Source of the DNA: Marinicella sp.
GTDB lineage: Bacteria; Pseudomonadota; Gammaproteobacteria; Xanthomonadales; Marinicellaceae
DNA: 64,000 nucleotides
NCBI GenBank assembly: GCA_965230295.1
Contig: OZ246001.1
Span: forward strand, 1,952,001 to 2,016,000
Direction: 5' to 3'
A model generated the notes under the pieces. It searched no databases. It had not been told where the DNA came from and was given only the letters and a program-made list of their open reading frames with translations. The position numbers were made by a program, and so were the translations under genes. Shown piece by piece: positions 33,419 to 43,042 of this stretch (the stretch's first letter is position 1; every line of letters begins with the position of its first letter).

Positions 33419-34010
33419 GGAAATCAATGGGGTAAAGGTGCTCGTTAGGGCAAGGCAGCACTGTAAGAGCCCTGAGCCATAACATCACTATTTCGTCTTG
33501 CCGGCGTAGGCCGGCATCCAGTGTCTTTCATATGGTATTCAATTATTGTTAATACTCAACTTAAGAGTTTTCTAAAAGACACTGGATCCCGGATCGCCAA
33601 AAGTAGGTCCATTAAGGAAGTCCGGGCAGGAATTGATCCAATCAATTCTCTGCATTCACCACGATGACGATAGGTGGCAAGATCAGTGGTAAATAAAGGG
33701 TCAGTATCCTTGAGCAGGATTTTTCTTAGTTCGTCATCCTGCGGCTTGACCGCAGGACCCAGGTGCGGGATGATAAAAACATTTGGATATTGTCCTAAAC
33801 TTAAAGGTCCACTTGCCTGGATTCTGTGGTCAAGCCACAGAATGACGGTAGAAGGAGCTTAACATTCCAACCTACGACTATTTCTGTTTCGAATTACCGG
33901 CGCAGGCCGGTATCTAGCGTCTTTTAACATTTTTTGATCCTACAGATAAATATGGAAGCTTCGCTTGTTTGCTGCGCAAACTGGATCCCGGATCGAGTCC
34001 GGGATGACGG
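33419..34010. repeat. Second mosaic REP-like cluster
   Basis: X/Y doublets at 33495-33668 and 33891-34008; GTCATCCTGCGGCTTGACCGCAGG...CTGTGGTCAAGCCACAGAATGAC at 33733-33846. Confidence 0.9.
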
Positions 34011-34024
34011 TTTTTAAGAGATGT

Positions 34025-35896
34025 TCATTCAAATGAATCCCTGAAAATCAGATCATTTTCGGCCAGCACTTCGATAACAGCTGGTTGGGTGGTGACTTGG
34101 AGGAGCCAGTCGGTGGAGGCGATTTGACCATCTTGGTCGACATCCAGATACAGGGCGGTGATCAAGTCGTAAATACCGGGTGGGATACTGGGATCTATTT
34201 GGAAGGATCGTTGTAGTGTGTTATTACCTGATAGAGTGATGGAAAAAGACACATCATTACCAGGATCTGAATAGTAGTTGATGCCATCAAACAAACTGGC
34301 GCCCAATAAAACAGGTCCAAAAGGGTGGGTGGAATCACTGGCATTGAACACCTCAAAATCGATGGTGAATGTTTCATTCACTGTGATGACGGGCACGTCG
34401 GTGCTGATGGAATCCAGGCGGATGGGGGTGCTGGCGTATTGATTGCGTTGACCTGCAGGGTTGTTACTGGCGTTGTAGTAATGATCGACAATGTCTGCAA
34501 AACTTTCGCCAGCTTGTGCTCTGAACTGTGTACCCCATTGTGACATGCCCCGGCCATGACCAAAACACCCCAGGCCAGCAGCCAAAGGATCTGCCAAACA
34601 GGTCCAGCCTGTCGCCGGGGAACCGACCGAACCATCGCCACAAGACAAATCGGCATTGGAACAGTTCAAACCGTCATTGGGGTCATCCCAACTGTTGTTT
34701 TGGGCCGAATATTCGGAGCGGGCCAACGCGCCATTTTGGTCCAGCATGATGCCGTTGGTGGCAATACCGGCATTGATGGTACTGGTAAAACCGGTGAATT
34801 CAAAGGCCTGACAACAAGGCCCGGCACAAATGTCGTAGCCTGAATAAGGTTGGTTGATGACATGCCAGGCGCCGTAAGATCGAAATGGGATGGTGCCTGC
34901 TTTTAAACTGTCTGGGTCCCAAGAAGAGATCCACTCATTATCCAGGCCGCGTTGCACGTAGGTTTCTAACGAGTAGACTTGACTGGTGACGCAATTGGAG
35001 CCACAACAAGTCCCGCCAGAACCATTGAAACCAACCCGTATGCTGGACGGAGGTTCCAGGTAGACGGCACCGGTTGATCGTTCTCTGCTGCTGATAAAGT
35101 CATCATGAATGTTTTCATGGTTGAATTTAGCACTCAGCCAATCGTGATCAATGTCACCGCCAAGAAGTCCAGTGAGTGGGTGCAGCAGGCTCTTTTCTTG
35201 CAGCCCTTGGCCCGGTTTTAAATCCATGACCATATGGACCTGAGCCTGGGTGTCGATGTCAGTCCAGCGTTGTGCTTGATAGCCTGGATGTTCAACCATG
35301 AGCGTGATGTTTTTGGGCAAGATTTCTGTGAAAACAAAAGCGCCCTGATGATCGGTAAACATTTGGGCATAAAATTCTCCACTGGAGATGATCACGGCCA
35401 CTTCTGTTAAAGGTTTTGCGGTCGTCTGATCGTAGAGGAAACCACACAGTTGAGCCTGGTCACAGAAAGATTTTGATTCAGTTTCTTGAGTCTTATCAAG
35501 CATGATTTGGGTTATCGGTATGTGTGAGTTGGCTGCTAAGTAGGTGTGCAGTGGTTGATAACCATCGGCGGAAACGGTCAGTACTTGTAAGTGCTTATCA
35601 GGCAAGACCTGAAAAAAATGATCGGTGGCCAACAACTCTTGTTGTTTGAGTTTAAGCACCTCATCGGGTAATTTTTGCCCGAGTTTAATCTGGTGCCATT
35701 GGTCAGGAGTCAGCTGTTCCTGGTTAATGGAATGGAGGGTGATTTTGGCATCCAGCGGCGCACCAGTATGACTGTCTCGCACAGTGAACTGAAACGCACT
35801 GCCAATGGCTGATTGACACCACAACAGTATGATCATGTACTTGATCAAAAGAGCGGTTTTTTGACGTTTTGTGCTGGGTTTCATGATTGCAGTCAA
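34025..35896 (-). CDS. Secreted SpoIID/LytB-domain protein with carboxypeptidase-regulatory-like domains
   Basis: LETYVQRGLDNEW...SLKAG...RSY, GHGRGMSQWG, IVDHYY; ends NDLIFRDSFE. Confidence 0.85.
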   Translation of the reverse strand: MTAIMKPSTKRQKTALLIKYMIILLWCQSAIGSAFQFTVRDSHTGAPLDAKITLHSINQEQLTPDQWHQIKLGQKLPDEVLKLKQQELLATDHFFQVLPDKHLQVLTVSADGYQPLHTYLAANSHIPITQIMLDKTQETESKSFCDQAQLCGFLYDQTTAKPLTEVAVIISSGEFYAQMFTDHQGAFVFTEILPKNITLMVEHPGYQAQRWTDIDTQAQVHMVMDLKPGQGLQEKSLLHPLTGLLGGDIDHDWLSAKFNHENIHDDFISSRERSTGAVYLEPPSSIRVGFNGSGGTCCGSNCVTSQVYSLETYVQRGLDNEWISSWDPDSLKAGTIPFRSYGAWHVINQPYSGYDICAGPCCQAFEFTGFTSTINAGIATNGIMLDQNGALARSEYSAQNNSWDDPNDGLNCSNADLSCGDGSVGSPATGWTCLADPLAAGLGCFGHGRGMSQWGTQFRAQAGESFADIVDHYYNASNNPAGQRNQYASTPIRLDSISTDVPVITVNETFTIDFEVFNASDSTHPFGPVLLGASLFDGINYYSDPGNDVSFSITLSGNNTLQRSFQIDPSIPPGIYDLITALYLDVDQDGQIASTDWLLQVTTQPAVIEVLAENDLIFRDSFE

Positions 35897-36001
35897 TATA
35901 CCACAAATGGGATATTGTCATTGCTGGCGAAACGTGGAAATCTCCTATGGCCTATCCAGATTGACGAGATTGCCGCGGTCGTCCCTCATGACTGTAATTT
36001 G

Positions 36002-36697
36002 TTATCGAACCAGCCGAATCCAGCGCCACAGGTTCAAAATATCAGCCAAGGCGGCTGCAACGTAGGTCAACGCACAGGCTTTGAGGATTTGGTGGACTTT
36101 GGGCAATTGGTCTTCAGTGATGTAGCCTTCCGACAAAATCGGCATGGCTTTGTTAAAACTGGCATCGTATTCTTCAGGCAGCACAGCCACATGCATCAAC
36201 ACCGAAGCGATCATGGTGAGTACACCAATCAGGATGGTGATCAATGCCAGGTGGGGGATTCTGAACACCAGTCCAATGACCGGTGAGATCATCAAAAATG
36301 ACACACCGAATTGTTTGATCCGATGCGCATGGCTCAAGTACTTATCACGCAGGCGGCTGACCGGTTCTTGTTTACAAAACTGAATGGCATGGCCCACTTC
36401 ATGGGCTGCCACCGCAACGGCGGTCAATGATTGGCCTTCGTGGACTTCAGGACTCAATGAAACTACTTTATTTTGTGGATCGTAGTAGTCTTCATTGGGT
36501 CCTCCTTTGATGACTTTAACCCCTTCTAGCTTAAAGCGCTCGATCAAGTGTAAAGCCAGCTCGCTGCCGGTTCCGTCCAAATTATCCAGATGTGTTTGGT
36601 GCTTGCGCAGCACATACTTGACCCACAGTTGGGGGCCAAACACAACCAACAATAAAACTATGATGATGACTATAGGCATGGGTAATAAATTAAACAA
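36002..36697 (-). CDS. Putative neutral zinc metallopeptidase (YugP-like)
   Basis: DYYDP, AVAAHEVGHAIQ, LPEEYDAS, ALTYVAAAL. Confidence 0.9.
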   Translation of the reverse strand: MFNLLPMPIVIIIVLLLVVFGPQLWVKYVLRKHQTHLDNLDGTGSELALHLIERFKLEGVKVIKGGPNEDYYDPQNKVVSLSPEVHEGQSLTAVAVAAHEVGHAIQFCKQEPVSRLRDKYLSHAHRIKQFGVSFLMISPVIGLVFRIPHLALITILIGVLTMIASVLMHVAVLPEEYDASFNKAMPILSEGYITEDQLPKVHQILKACALTYVAAALADILNLWRWIRLVR

Positions 36698-36883
36698 TGA
36701 AGATGCCCATGGGTCAAGTCAATCCGTAGGCTGCTCTGAGATTAATGCGATGACAGAATTAACGACCTGCGCCGATTTCAGCTGGCCCGTACAAATGATC
36801 GACAGTGGTGTTTTTCAATATCTCGGTGTCATGTTCTGGCATCAAAATACGAAATAAGGAACATTGAACAAGAGGGTTGTACC

Positions 36884-38254
36884 ATGAATAGTCGAATGAT
36901 GTTTAGGTTGAAATTTTTACGCAAAGCTTTGTTGGTTGGTGCTTTGTTGATTCAGCAGATGGCCATTGCGCACAAGGGTTATGAAAAAGCGCCAAGAGCC
37001 GATGTGATTTTTCATAACGCGGTTATCCTGACAATGGAGATGCCCGATGCTGTAAAACAAGCAATCGCCATTAAAGGAAACAAAATTATAGCTGTGGATA
37101 CTGATTTGAAAGTATTGGAGTTGGCTGGCCCGGATACCAAGGTAGTTGATATGAAGGGATACACCATCATGCCAGGTTTGGTAGATGCACATTCTCATTG
37201 GTTCAATGATTTCTGGGAGGGCAATCCTGATATTGAGGACTCACAAGATTTGATGATTAAAAACGGGATTACCACTGTTGGCAACATGTATGCCACACCA
37301 GAAGTGATTGCATACATGCGTGATTACGAACCCAATTTAAAAGTTCGAACCAGCTTGTATATGACAAAAACAACCAATTGCGGGGATGTAGAAGATAATT
37401 GGTATTTAAATTATCCTCCAACCAGTGAGCCGGGTGAAATGCTCAGGATAGGCGGAATTAAAATATTCGCCGATGGTGGCAGTTGCGGAGCTCCAGCCGT
37501 ATCAGTAGAAAGGGTCCCGGGAGGTGGGTTGGGTAATTTGTTTCATACCCAAGGTTTACTGACTCAAATGGTTAAAAAAGCGCATGATGCGAACTATCAG
37601 GTTGCCATTCATGGCATAGGAGATCGTGGGATAGAACAAGCACTGAATGCCATTGAGTATGCCTTAGATGGCGAACCAAATCACTTAAGGCACCGAATTG
37701 AACACAGCGCCATCTTAACACCGGAATTGATTGACAGGTTTGGTGAACTGGATGTCATTGCCACCATTTTTGGTTATAAACGCACTTGCTGGTTACCTGA
37801 AGAGTTGCCTGAATTTTATCAGCAAGCAGAGAATGCTCACAGGTCATTGATTGATCAAAACCCAAATTTGTATGTGGCCTGGCATGGCGATGACCCTATT
37901 GTCGAACCTGCCAATCCATTCATTGACATGTTTAGCCTGGCTACTCGAATCGATGTGATATCAGAAGAACAACCTTGTTACCCTCCTGATTGGCTGGCAG
38001 ATGAAACCCTCAGTGTAAAACAAATACTGAAAATTATGACCTTGGGTTCAGCCTATGCATTGAATCGAGATGATGAGGTTGGTAGTTTACGTCCTGGAAA
38101 ATTCGCTGATTTGATCGCAATTTCAGCCAATCCGCTGAAAGTAGATTCCAAAAACCTTAAAGACATTTATGTTTGGTTAACCATGATCGATGGTGAAGTG
38201 CTTTATTATAAAAGCATGCCACGGAAGTTTGAAGATAAGGTGTTGCTTAACTGA
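36884..38254 (+). CDS. Amidohydrolase family 3 (YtcJ-like), probably exported
   Basis: PGLVDAHSH, KIFADG, IHGIGD, RIEH, GSLRPGKFADL. Confidence 0.88.
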   Translation: MNSRMMFRLKFLRKALLVGALLIQQMAIAHKGYEKAPRADVIFHNAVILTMEMPDAVKQAIAIKGNKIIAVDTDLKVLELAGPDTKVVDMKGYTIMPGLVDAHSHWFNDFWEGNPDIEDSQDLMIKNGITTVGNMYATPEVIAYMRDYEPNLKVRTSLYMTKTTNCGDVEDNWYLNYPPTSEPGEMLRIGGIKIFADGGSCGAPAVSVERVPGGGLGNLFHTQGLLTQMVKKAHDANYQVAIHGIGDRGIEQALNAIEYALDGEPNHLRHRIEHSAILTPELIDRFGELDVIATIFGYKRTCWLPEELPEFYQQAENAHRSLIDQNPNLYVAWHGDDPIVEPANPFIDMFSLATRIDVISEEQPCYPPDWLADETLSVKQILKIMTLGSAYALNRDDEVGSLRPGKFADLIAISANPLKVDSKNLKDIYVWLTMIDGEVLYYKSMPRKFEDKVLLN

Positions 38255-38465
38255 CCGTGAAGTTAGACTGATCTCATGTTTTCCAGTGAAATATGTGGTC
38301 GCTGAGGTCATCGCTCCAACGAGTCAGGAGCGTCAACTTCAGTCGATGTTGTGTCAGGTATTGATAACGCTGGTGTCAGTATGTTCACCAGTGGTAAGCT
38401 TGTGATCAAGGACAAGCACAATGAATGGGTCGAAAATCATGACAACGCAATCCACAACAATCACT

Positions 38466-38701
38466 AAGGAATGTTCTTGGGGCTCCATTCTGGTTCATGG
38501 TCTGACAGGTCTTCATATTTGCTGCGCAAATAAACCGACCTTTACAGACTATTGTCTGAGCAGTTGCTTCGCACTGCATGTCTGTTCCAGACAAAAGTGA
38601 AAACGACCACATCGAACATGACTTGCTACCTCGCGCTCTTCGCCTCTGATTCGCATTGCTCACCAACCGGCTCGGCGGGTCAAGCTGCTCAGCAGCTTTC
38701 C
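38466..38701. repeat. Modular MITE-like repeat, copy C (236 nt)
   Basis: Near-identical to copy B; bounded by an 8-bp inverted repeat CTAAGGAA/TTCCTTAG (38464-38705). Confidence 0.92.
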
Positions 38702-39592
38702 TTAGCCCAGATTACTTTGCTGATTTTGATCCAAGTATCAGCACTGGCTGAACCCTTGCCCATCGAATTTGAGACAGGCACAATCAGTACGTCTGCGATT
38801 GAATATGGCATCACTTTTGCGCCTGACGGCCAATCTATGTACTTTGTTAGAGACCATGGACAATGGGGAAAAAACAACGGTAAAAGCACGATTTATCATG
38901 CCAGGAAAATCAATGGTGAATGGTCAAATCCTGTTGTGGCCGGTTTTTCAGGGCAATACAACGATTCTGATCCGCACGTCAGTGCTGATGGGCAACATTT
39001 GTATTTTATTTCAGATCGCCCAGTATTGGGGGTCCCGATCTCGGCAGATATTTGGGTGATGAGCCAGGATGAACAGGGGTTATGGCATGACTTAAAACGT
39101 ATATCGGCACCCATCAATTCAGAACATGTCGAGTACAGCCCCAGCACCACTGCCAATGGTGATTTGTATTTCGCCTCCGACCGCAGTGGGGGAATGGGCC
39201 AAAGAGACCTGTACCGGGTAAGAAAAACCGATGGAGGATATGGCCCGGTAGAAAATTTAGGACAATCAATCAATTCAGCCACCGAAGAATGGAACCTGAC
39301 CATCAATGATGTGGGTGATATGTTAATTTTTGAAGCATCTGGCAGACCAGGCAACTTATCCGGTGCGGGTGACCTTTACATCAGCTTTCTGCAGGAAGGT
39401 ACTTGGTCAAAGCCACAGCATATGCGTGAATTGAACAGCACTGGCAGTGATCTATACCCTGAAATTTTAGGTGATGCCTTGTTCTATGCCAGCAACGGCC
39501 GATCAAGTTCGAGGTCTCCCAATATCTATCAAATCGATTTCAAAAACATGCGGGAGAAGTACAAAATGGAAGCGACGAAATCAGTCGAGTAA
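38618..39592 (+). CDS. PD40/TolB-like beta-propeller protein; 5' end lies within repeat copy C
   Basis: Repeats FAPDGQSMYF, VSADGQHLYFISDR, LYFASDRSGGMG; true start unclear. Confidence 0.8.
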   Translation: MTCYLALFASDSHCSPTGSAGQAAQQLSLAQITLLILIQVSALAEPLPIEFETGTISTSAIEYGITFAPDGQSMYFVRDHGQWGKNNGKSTIYHARKINGEWSNPVVAGFSGQYNDSDPHVSADGQHLYFISDRPVLGVPISADIWVMSQDEQGLWHDLKRISAPINSEHVEYSPSTTANGDLYFASDRSGGMGQRDLYRVRKTDGGYGPVENLGQSINSATEEWNLTINDVGDMLIFEASGRPGNLSGAGDLYISFLQEGTWSKPQHMRELNSTGSDLYPEILGDALFYASNGRSSSRSPNIYQIDFKNMREKYKMEATKSVE

Positions 39593-39662
39593 GGCGTTTT
39601 GATTTCAGCATTGCCGACCATTTTTGCTTATAATGATTGAATTGCAAAACCATTACTCAACC

Positions 39663-40607
39663 ATGTCTAAAAAACTGTACCCACTGATCGAACCCAACCA
39701 ATCATTCCATTTAGCCGTCAGTGATGTTCATGACATCTATGTGGAAACTTGTGGTAACCCCGATGGGGTACCCGTCGTGTTTGTGCATGGGGGGCCGGGT
39801 GCGGGATGCCAGTTGGATGACCGTTGCTTTTTTGATCCGGATAAATACCACGTCGTGTTGTTTGATCAGCGCGGTTGTGGACGTTCCAAGCCGTTGGGAG
39901 ACATCACGGATAACACCACCAGCCACTTGCTGGCAGACATCGAAACCATCCGCAAACACCTGGACATTGATCAATGGGTGGTGTTTGGTGGCTCCTGGGG
40001 TTCGACTTTGAGTTTGGTTTATGCCCAAACCCATCGTGACCGTGTTTTGGGTATGGTTGTTCGTGGGGTGTTTTTTGGCACCCCGGCAGAAAACCGATGG
40101 TTGTGGCAAGAAGGGTTGAGTCACTTCAATCCGGAAGCCTATGAGCGTTACCAAAACCTGGTGCCAGTCACCCAGCGGGATCAGATACTCAAGGCATATT
40201 ATGCAATGATGACTGGTGATGATGCTGAGGTACGCCAGCGAGCGGCTTATGAAATGATGCGCTGGGAAGAAGCGGGTTTTACCATGCAAGACAACCCGGT
40301 TCCCGAGATGACCGATGGTTTTCCTTGGCATCAAGGGTTATTAGAAGCCCATTATTGTGCACATGGTTGTTTCATTGAAGGCCGGCCCATCGCAGAAAAC
40401 TTGGCCGTGTTAAAAGGTATGCCAGTCTATATTGTCAATGGTCGATATGACATGTTGTGTCCACCCGCCAAGGCGTATCAGTTGCACAAGGCCTTGCCAG
40501 ATTCGCACCTTGCCGTGGTTGATCGAGCAGGGCATGCTTCGAAAGAACCTGCTATGGTCAATGCTTTGGTCGGCGCCACTGATGACATGTTACGAGCGTT
40601 GCGATGA
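39663..40607 (+). CDS. pip: Prolyl aminopeptidase (S33)
   Basis: VHGGPG, FDQRGCGRS, FGGSWGSTL, GRYD, AGH. Confidence 0.95.
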   Translation: MSKKLYPLIEPNQSFHLAVSDVHDIYVETCGNPDGVPVVFVHGGPGAGCQLDDRCFFDPDKYHVVLFDQRGCGRSKPLGDITDNTTSHLLADIETIRKHLDIDQWVVFGGSWGSTLSLVYAQTHRDRVLGMVVRGVFFGTPAENRWLWQEGLSHFNPEAYERYQNLVPVTQRDQILKAYYAMMTGDDAEVRQRAAYEMMRWEEAGFTMQDNPVPEMTDGFPWHQGLLEAHYCAHGCFIEGRPIAENLAVLKGMPVYIVNGRYDMLCPPAKAYQLHKALPDSHLAVVDRAGHASKEPAMVNALVGATDDMLRALR

Positions 40608-40631
40608 ACCCATCAATGTCATGATGTTTGT

Positions 40632-41042
40632 ATGCCAAGTTCTGTCCCCAACAATCAAATAGATTACAGTCGTTGCTTCAGAACAACTTGTTGCCTGCTG
40701 TTGATGCTGGTGGCAGGATGGGTACAGGCCCATGGTGGCATTTCTGCGCTGGATGGCTTATTGGAGGCCATGATCATCTTGGCTTTGCTGTTTGGCATGG
40801 TCCTGGTTTGGTTGATATTTGTGATTTATTTCATGATTGCTGACAACATCAAGCAAACAGCTTTCAAGCGCATCAGAATCATCCTGTATGTGATGGCATC
40901 TTTGGTGGTGGCCATGGTGCTTTGGCTGTTGTTTCAAGATGGCATGAACCGGGAAAGCATGCGGTTGTTGTACTTTTTTATTTTGACCACTGTGCTGATC
41001 ACTGAATTGACCGTTTGGTTGACAAAAAAATGGCGTCAATAA
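40632..41042 (+). CDS. Hypothetical membrane protein
   Basis: Signal-like segment plus three TM segments; start uncertain. Confidence 0.55.
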   Translation: MPSSVPNNQIDYSRCFRTTCCLLLMLVAGWVQAHGGISALDGLLEAMIILALLFGMVLVWLIFVIYFMIADNIKQTAFKRIRIILYVMASLVVAMVLWLLFQDGMNRESMRLLYFFILTTVLITELTVWLTKKWRQ

Positions 41043-41383
41043 GAGCACCATTCGCTATTTTTTCCTGCACTCTAATGAGGCCTTTCGGCTTGTAAGCATT
41101 TAAAATGAAATAGATTTCATCTTATTAATTCGTAAGTTTTGCGAACCCATTCGGCGATAATCTTATTGTTCGATCCACTTAATCTGACTCCTTTTTTGTG
41201 TTATTCTCATGAACCCCTTTTTTGGGGTTTGGAGCAGTATGGGTCAAGGACCGAAGGGTTATATATGATTGGCTCACAAAAAGCAAAAAGTACCAGGCCT
41301 TCGATTTGAATCAAGCCATTGACTACAGATTCAAGGGTTCAAATTCAATTGTTAGCCAAAATTAACTCAGGAATAATGACAAA

Positions 41384-41962
41384 ATGAACGAGATTGAAGT
41401 CGAATGTAATTGTGGCAGCATTCAAGGGAGAACCATGCCCGTAGACGCTGATTCCGGTACGCGATTGATTTGCTGCTGTGATGATTGTCAAAGGTATGCA
41501 AACTATTTAAACCATGAAAATTCTGTACTGGATCAATACGGGGGTACGGAAGTGTTTCAAATGCCAGTTTCATTTTTACAAATCACCAAAGGCACTGAGA
41601 AAGTCGCATGTATCCGATTAAGTTCAAAAGGTTTGTATCGCTGGTATGCCAGTTGTTGCTGTACCCCGATAGGAAATACCATGGGCTCCAAAGTACCATT
41701 TATTGGCCTCTTTCTTAGCTTTGTAAAAAACGCAGAACTCAGTGACAGTATTCTGGGAAAGAGTAAAGGCTACATCCACACCAAGTATGCGTTACAAGAT
41801 GTACCCAATGACCTAAAAGGCAATACATTCAAGCTGATCATCAGGAGCCTGGCAAAAATTATGGCCTGGAAAGTCAAAGGCCTGAGTCGGCCATCTGCCT
41901 TTTTTAATGATCAAGGTAAACCGGTAGCAACACCGAAAATTCTTAATTCTAAATCGGATTGA
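41384..41962 (+). CDS. DUF6151 / GFA-like Cys-rich protein
   Basis: CNCG, CCCDDCQ, RWYASCCCTPIGNT. Confidence 0.8.
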   Translation: MNEIEVECNCGSIQGRTMPVDADSGTRLICCCDDCQRYANYLNHENSVLDQYGGTEVFQMPVSFLQITKGTEKVACIRLSSKGLYRWYASCCCTPIGNTMGSKVPFIGLFLSFVKNAELSDSILGKSKGYIHTKYALQDVPNDLKGNTFKLIIRSLAKIMAWKVKGLSRPSAFFNDQGKPVATPKILNSKSD

Positions 41963-41989
41963 ATGGTTTTTCAGAACATGTCAGTTGAC

Positions 41990-42610
41990 TCAATATTTCC
42001 TGAATTGCCCAACCAGAACACCTTGTATGGTCAGTTGTTCCGGGTGGTATTCCATGGGTTCCATTGCACTGTTTTCTGGAATCAGGCGGGTGGTCTGTTC
42101 ATCGATGTATTGGATGCGCTTGAGGGTGGTTTCCCAACCGTTGATCATGACTGCCACAATTTCATGGTTACGGGCCTGCTGAGTGGCTTTGATGACCACC
42201 CAGTCCTGATCCATGATGCCGACGTCTTGCATGGACTGGCCAGTGACTTTCAACACGAAATGATCATTACCGGATAACATGGCATTGATGTCTATGGTTT
42301 CATCATCAGTGACAGCTTCAATAGGCGAGCCTGCTGCGATGCACCCTAACACAGGCAAACCGACTGACTCTGGATGGATGGTCATACCCAAGCCCGATTG
42401 CTCACGGACTTGAACCAGTCTGATGCCTCGATTGGATCGATCACGCTGGATGTAGCCTTTTTCTTCCAGAGCTTTGAGTAAGCGGGAAATGTGCCCCATG
42501 GCTTTGATGTCCAACCCGGCGCCAATGTCGACCAATCTGGGTGGTTTTTGATGCTGTTCAATGTACGCAGCAATGAAATCGAGGGTGTCTTGTTCACGTG
42601 AAGTTAGCAT
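41990..42610 (-). CDS. lexA: LexA repressor
   Basis: N-terminal winged HTH, IAAG cleavage site, GQSM catalytic Ser, TLKR catalytic Lys. Confidence 0.93.
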   Translation of the reverse strand: MLTSREQDTLDFIAAYIEQHQKPPRLVDIGAGLDIKAMGHISRLLKALEEKGYIQRDRSNRGIRLVQVREQSGLGMTIHPESVGLPVLGCIAAGSPIEAVTDDETIDINAMLSGNDHFVLKVTGQSMQDVGIMDQDWVVIKATQQARNHEIVAVMINGWETTLKRIQYIDEQTTRLIPENSAMEPMEYHPEQLTIQGVLVGQFRKY

Positions 42611-42616
42611 GCAATG

Positions 42617-42645
42617 ATTATAGGGAACATATAGGGAACATACAA
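42617..42645 (-). promoter_or_regulatory. lexA promoter with GTTC-N7-GTTC operator
   Basis: Minus strand reads TTGTAT-gttccctatatgttccc(17 nt)-TATAAT-N6-ATG. Confidence 0.8.
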
Positions 42646-42703
42646 GGGCTTTGTGTGCCCTTATCTAGATCGTCTATAATGAATTTTTTCAACGGGCATA
42701 CCC

Positions 42704-43042
42704 ATGAAAACACCCAGGGCCATAGCCATTGCTCAACTTGATGCTTACAACCGTTGTGATTTGGACGCCTTTTGTGCATTATTTGCAGAAGATGCCACTT
42801 TGCAAGATTTACCATCTGGCCAGCTGATTGCTGAGGGCATGGAAGAAATTCGTAACATGTACAAAAATCGCTTTGCCACACCAGGCTTGTCTTGTCGGGT
42901 GCATGCCACCAATGACATTGGAGACTTTGCCATCGACCGTGAAACAGTGTATGGCTTACCCAATGGTCAGGTTGATGTGGTGGCCATCTATGAAGTGAAA
43001 AACGAACTGATTCAACGCGTGTTTTTTATCCGTCAGGATTGA
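42704..43042 (+). CDS. SnoaL-like / NTF2 family protein
   Basis: QLDAYNRCDLDAF...VVAIYEVKNELIQRVFF. Confidence 0.85.
   Translation: MKTPRAIAIAQLDAYNRCDLDAFCALFAEDATLQDLPSGQLIAEGMEEIRNMYKNRFATPGLSCRVHATNDIGDFAIDRETVYGLPNGQVDVVAIYEVKNELIQRVFFIRQD

Noticed and set aside
31480-34010. Possible CRISPR array
   Set aside because: Units are heterogeneous inverted pairs without constant repeat-spacer periodicity, and no cas genes are present.
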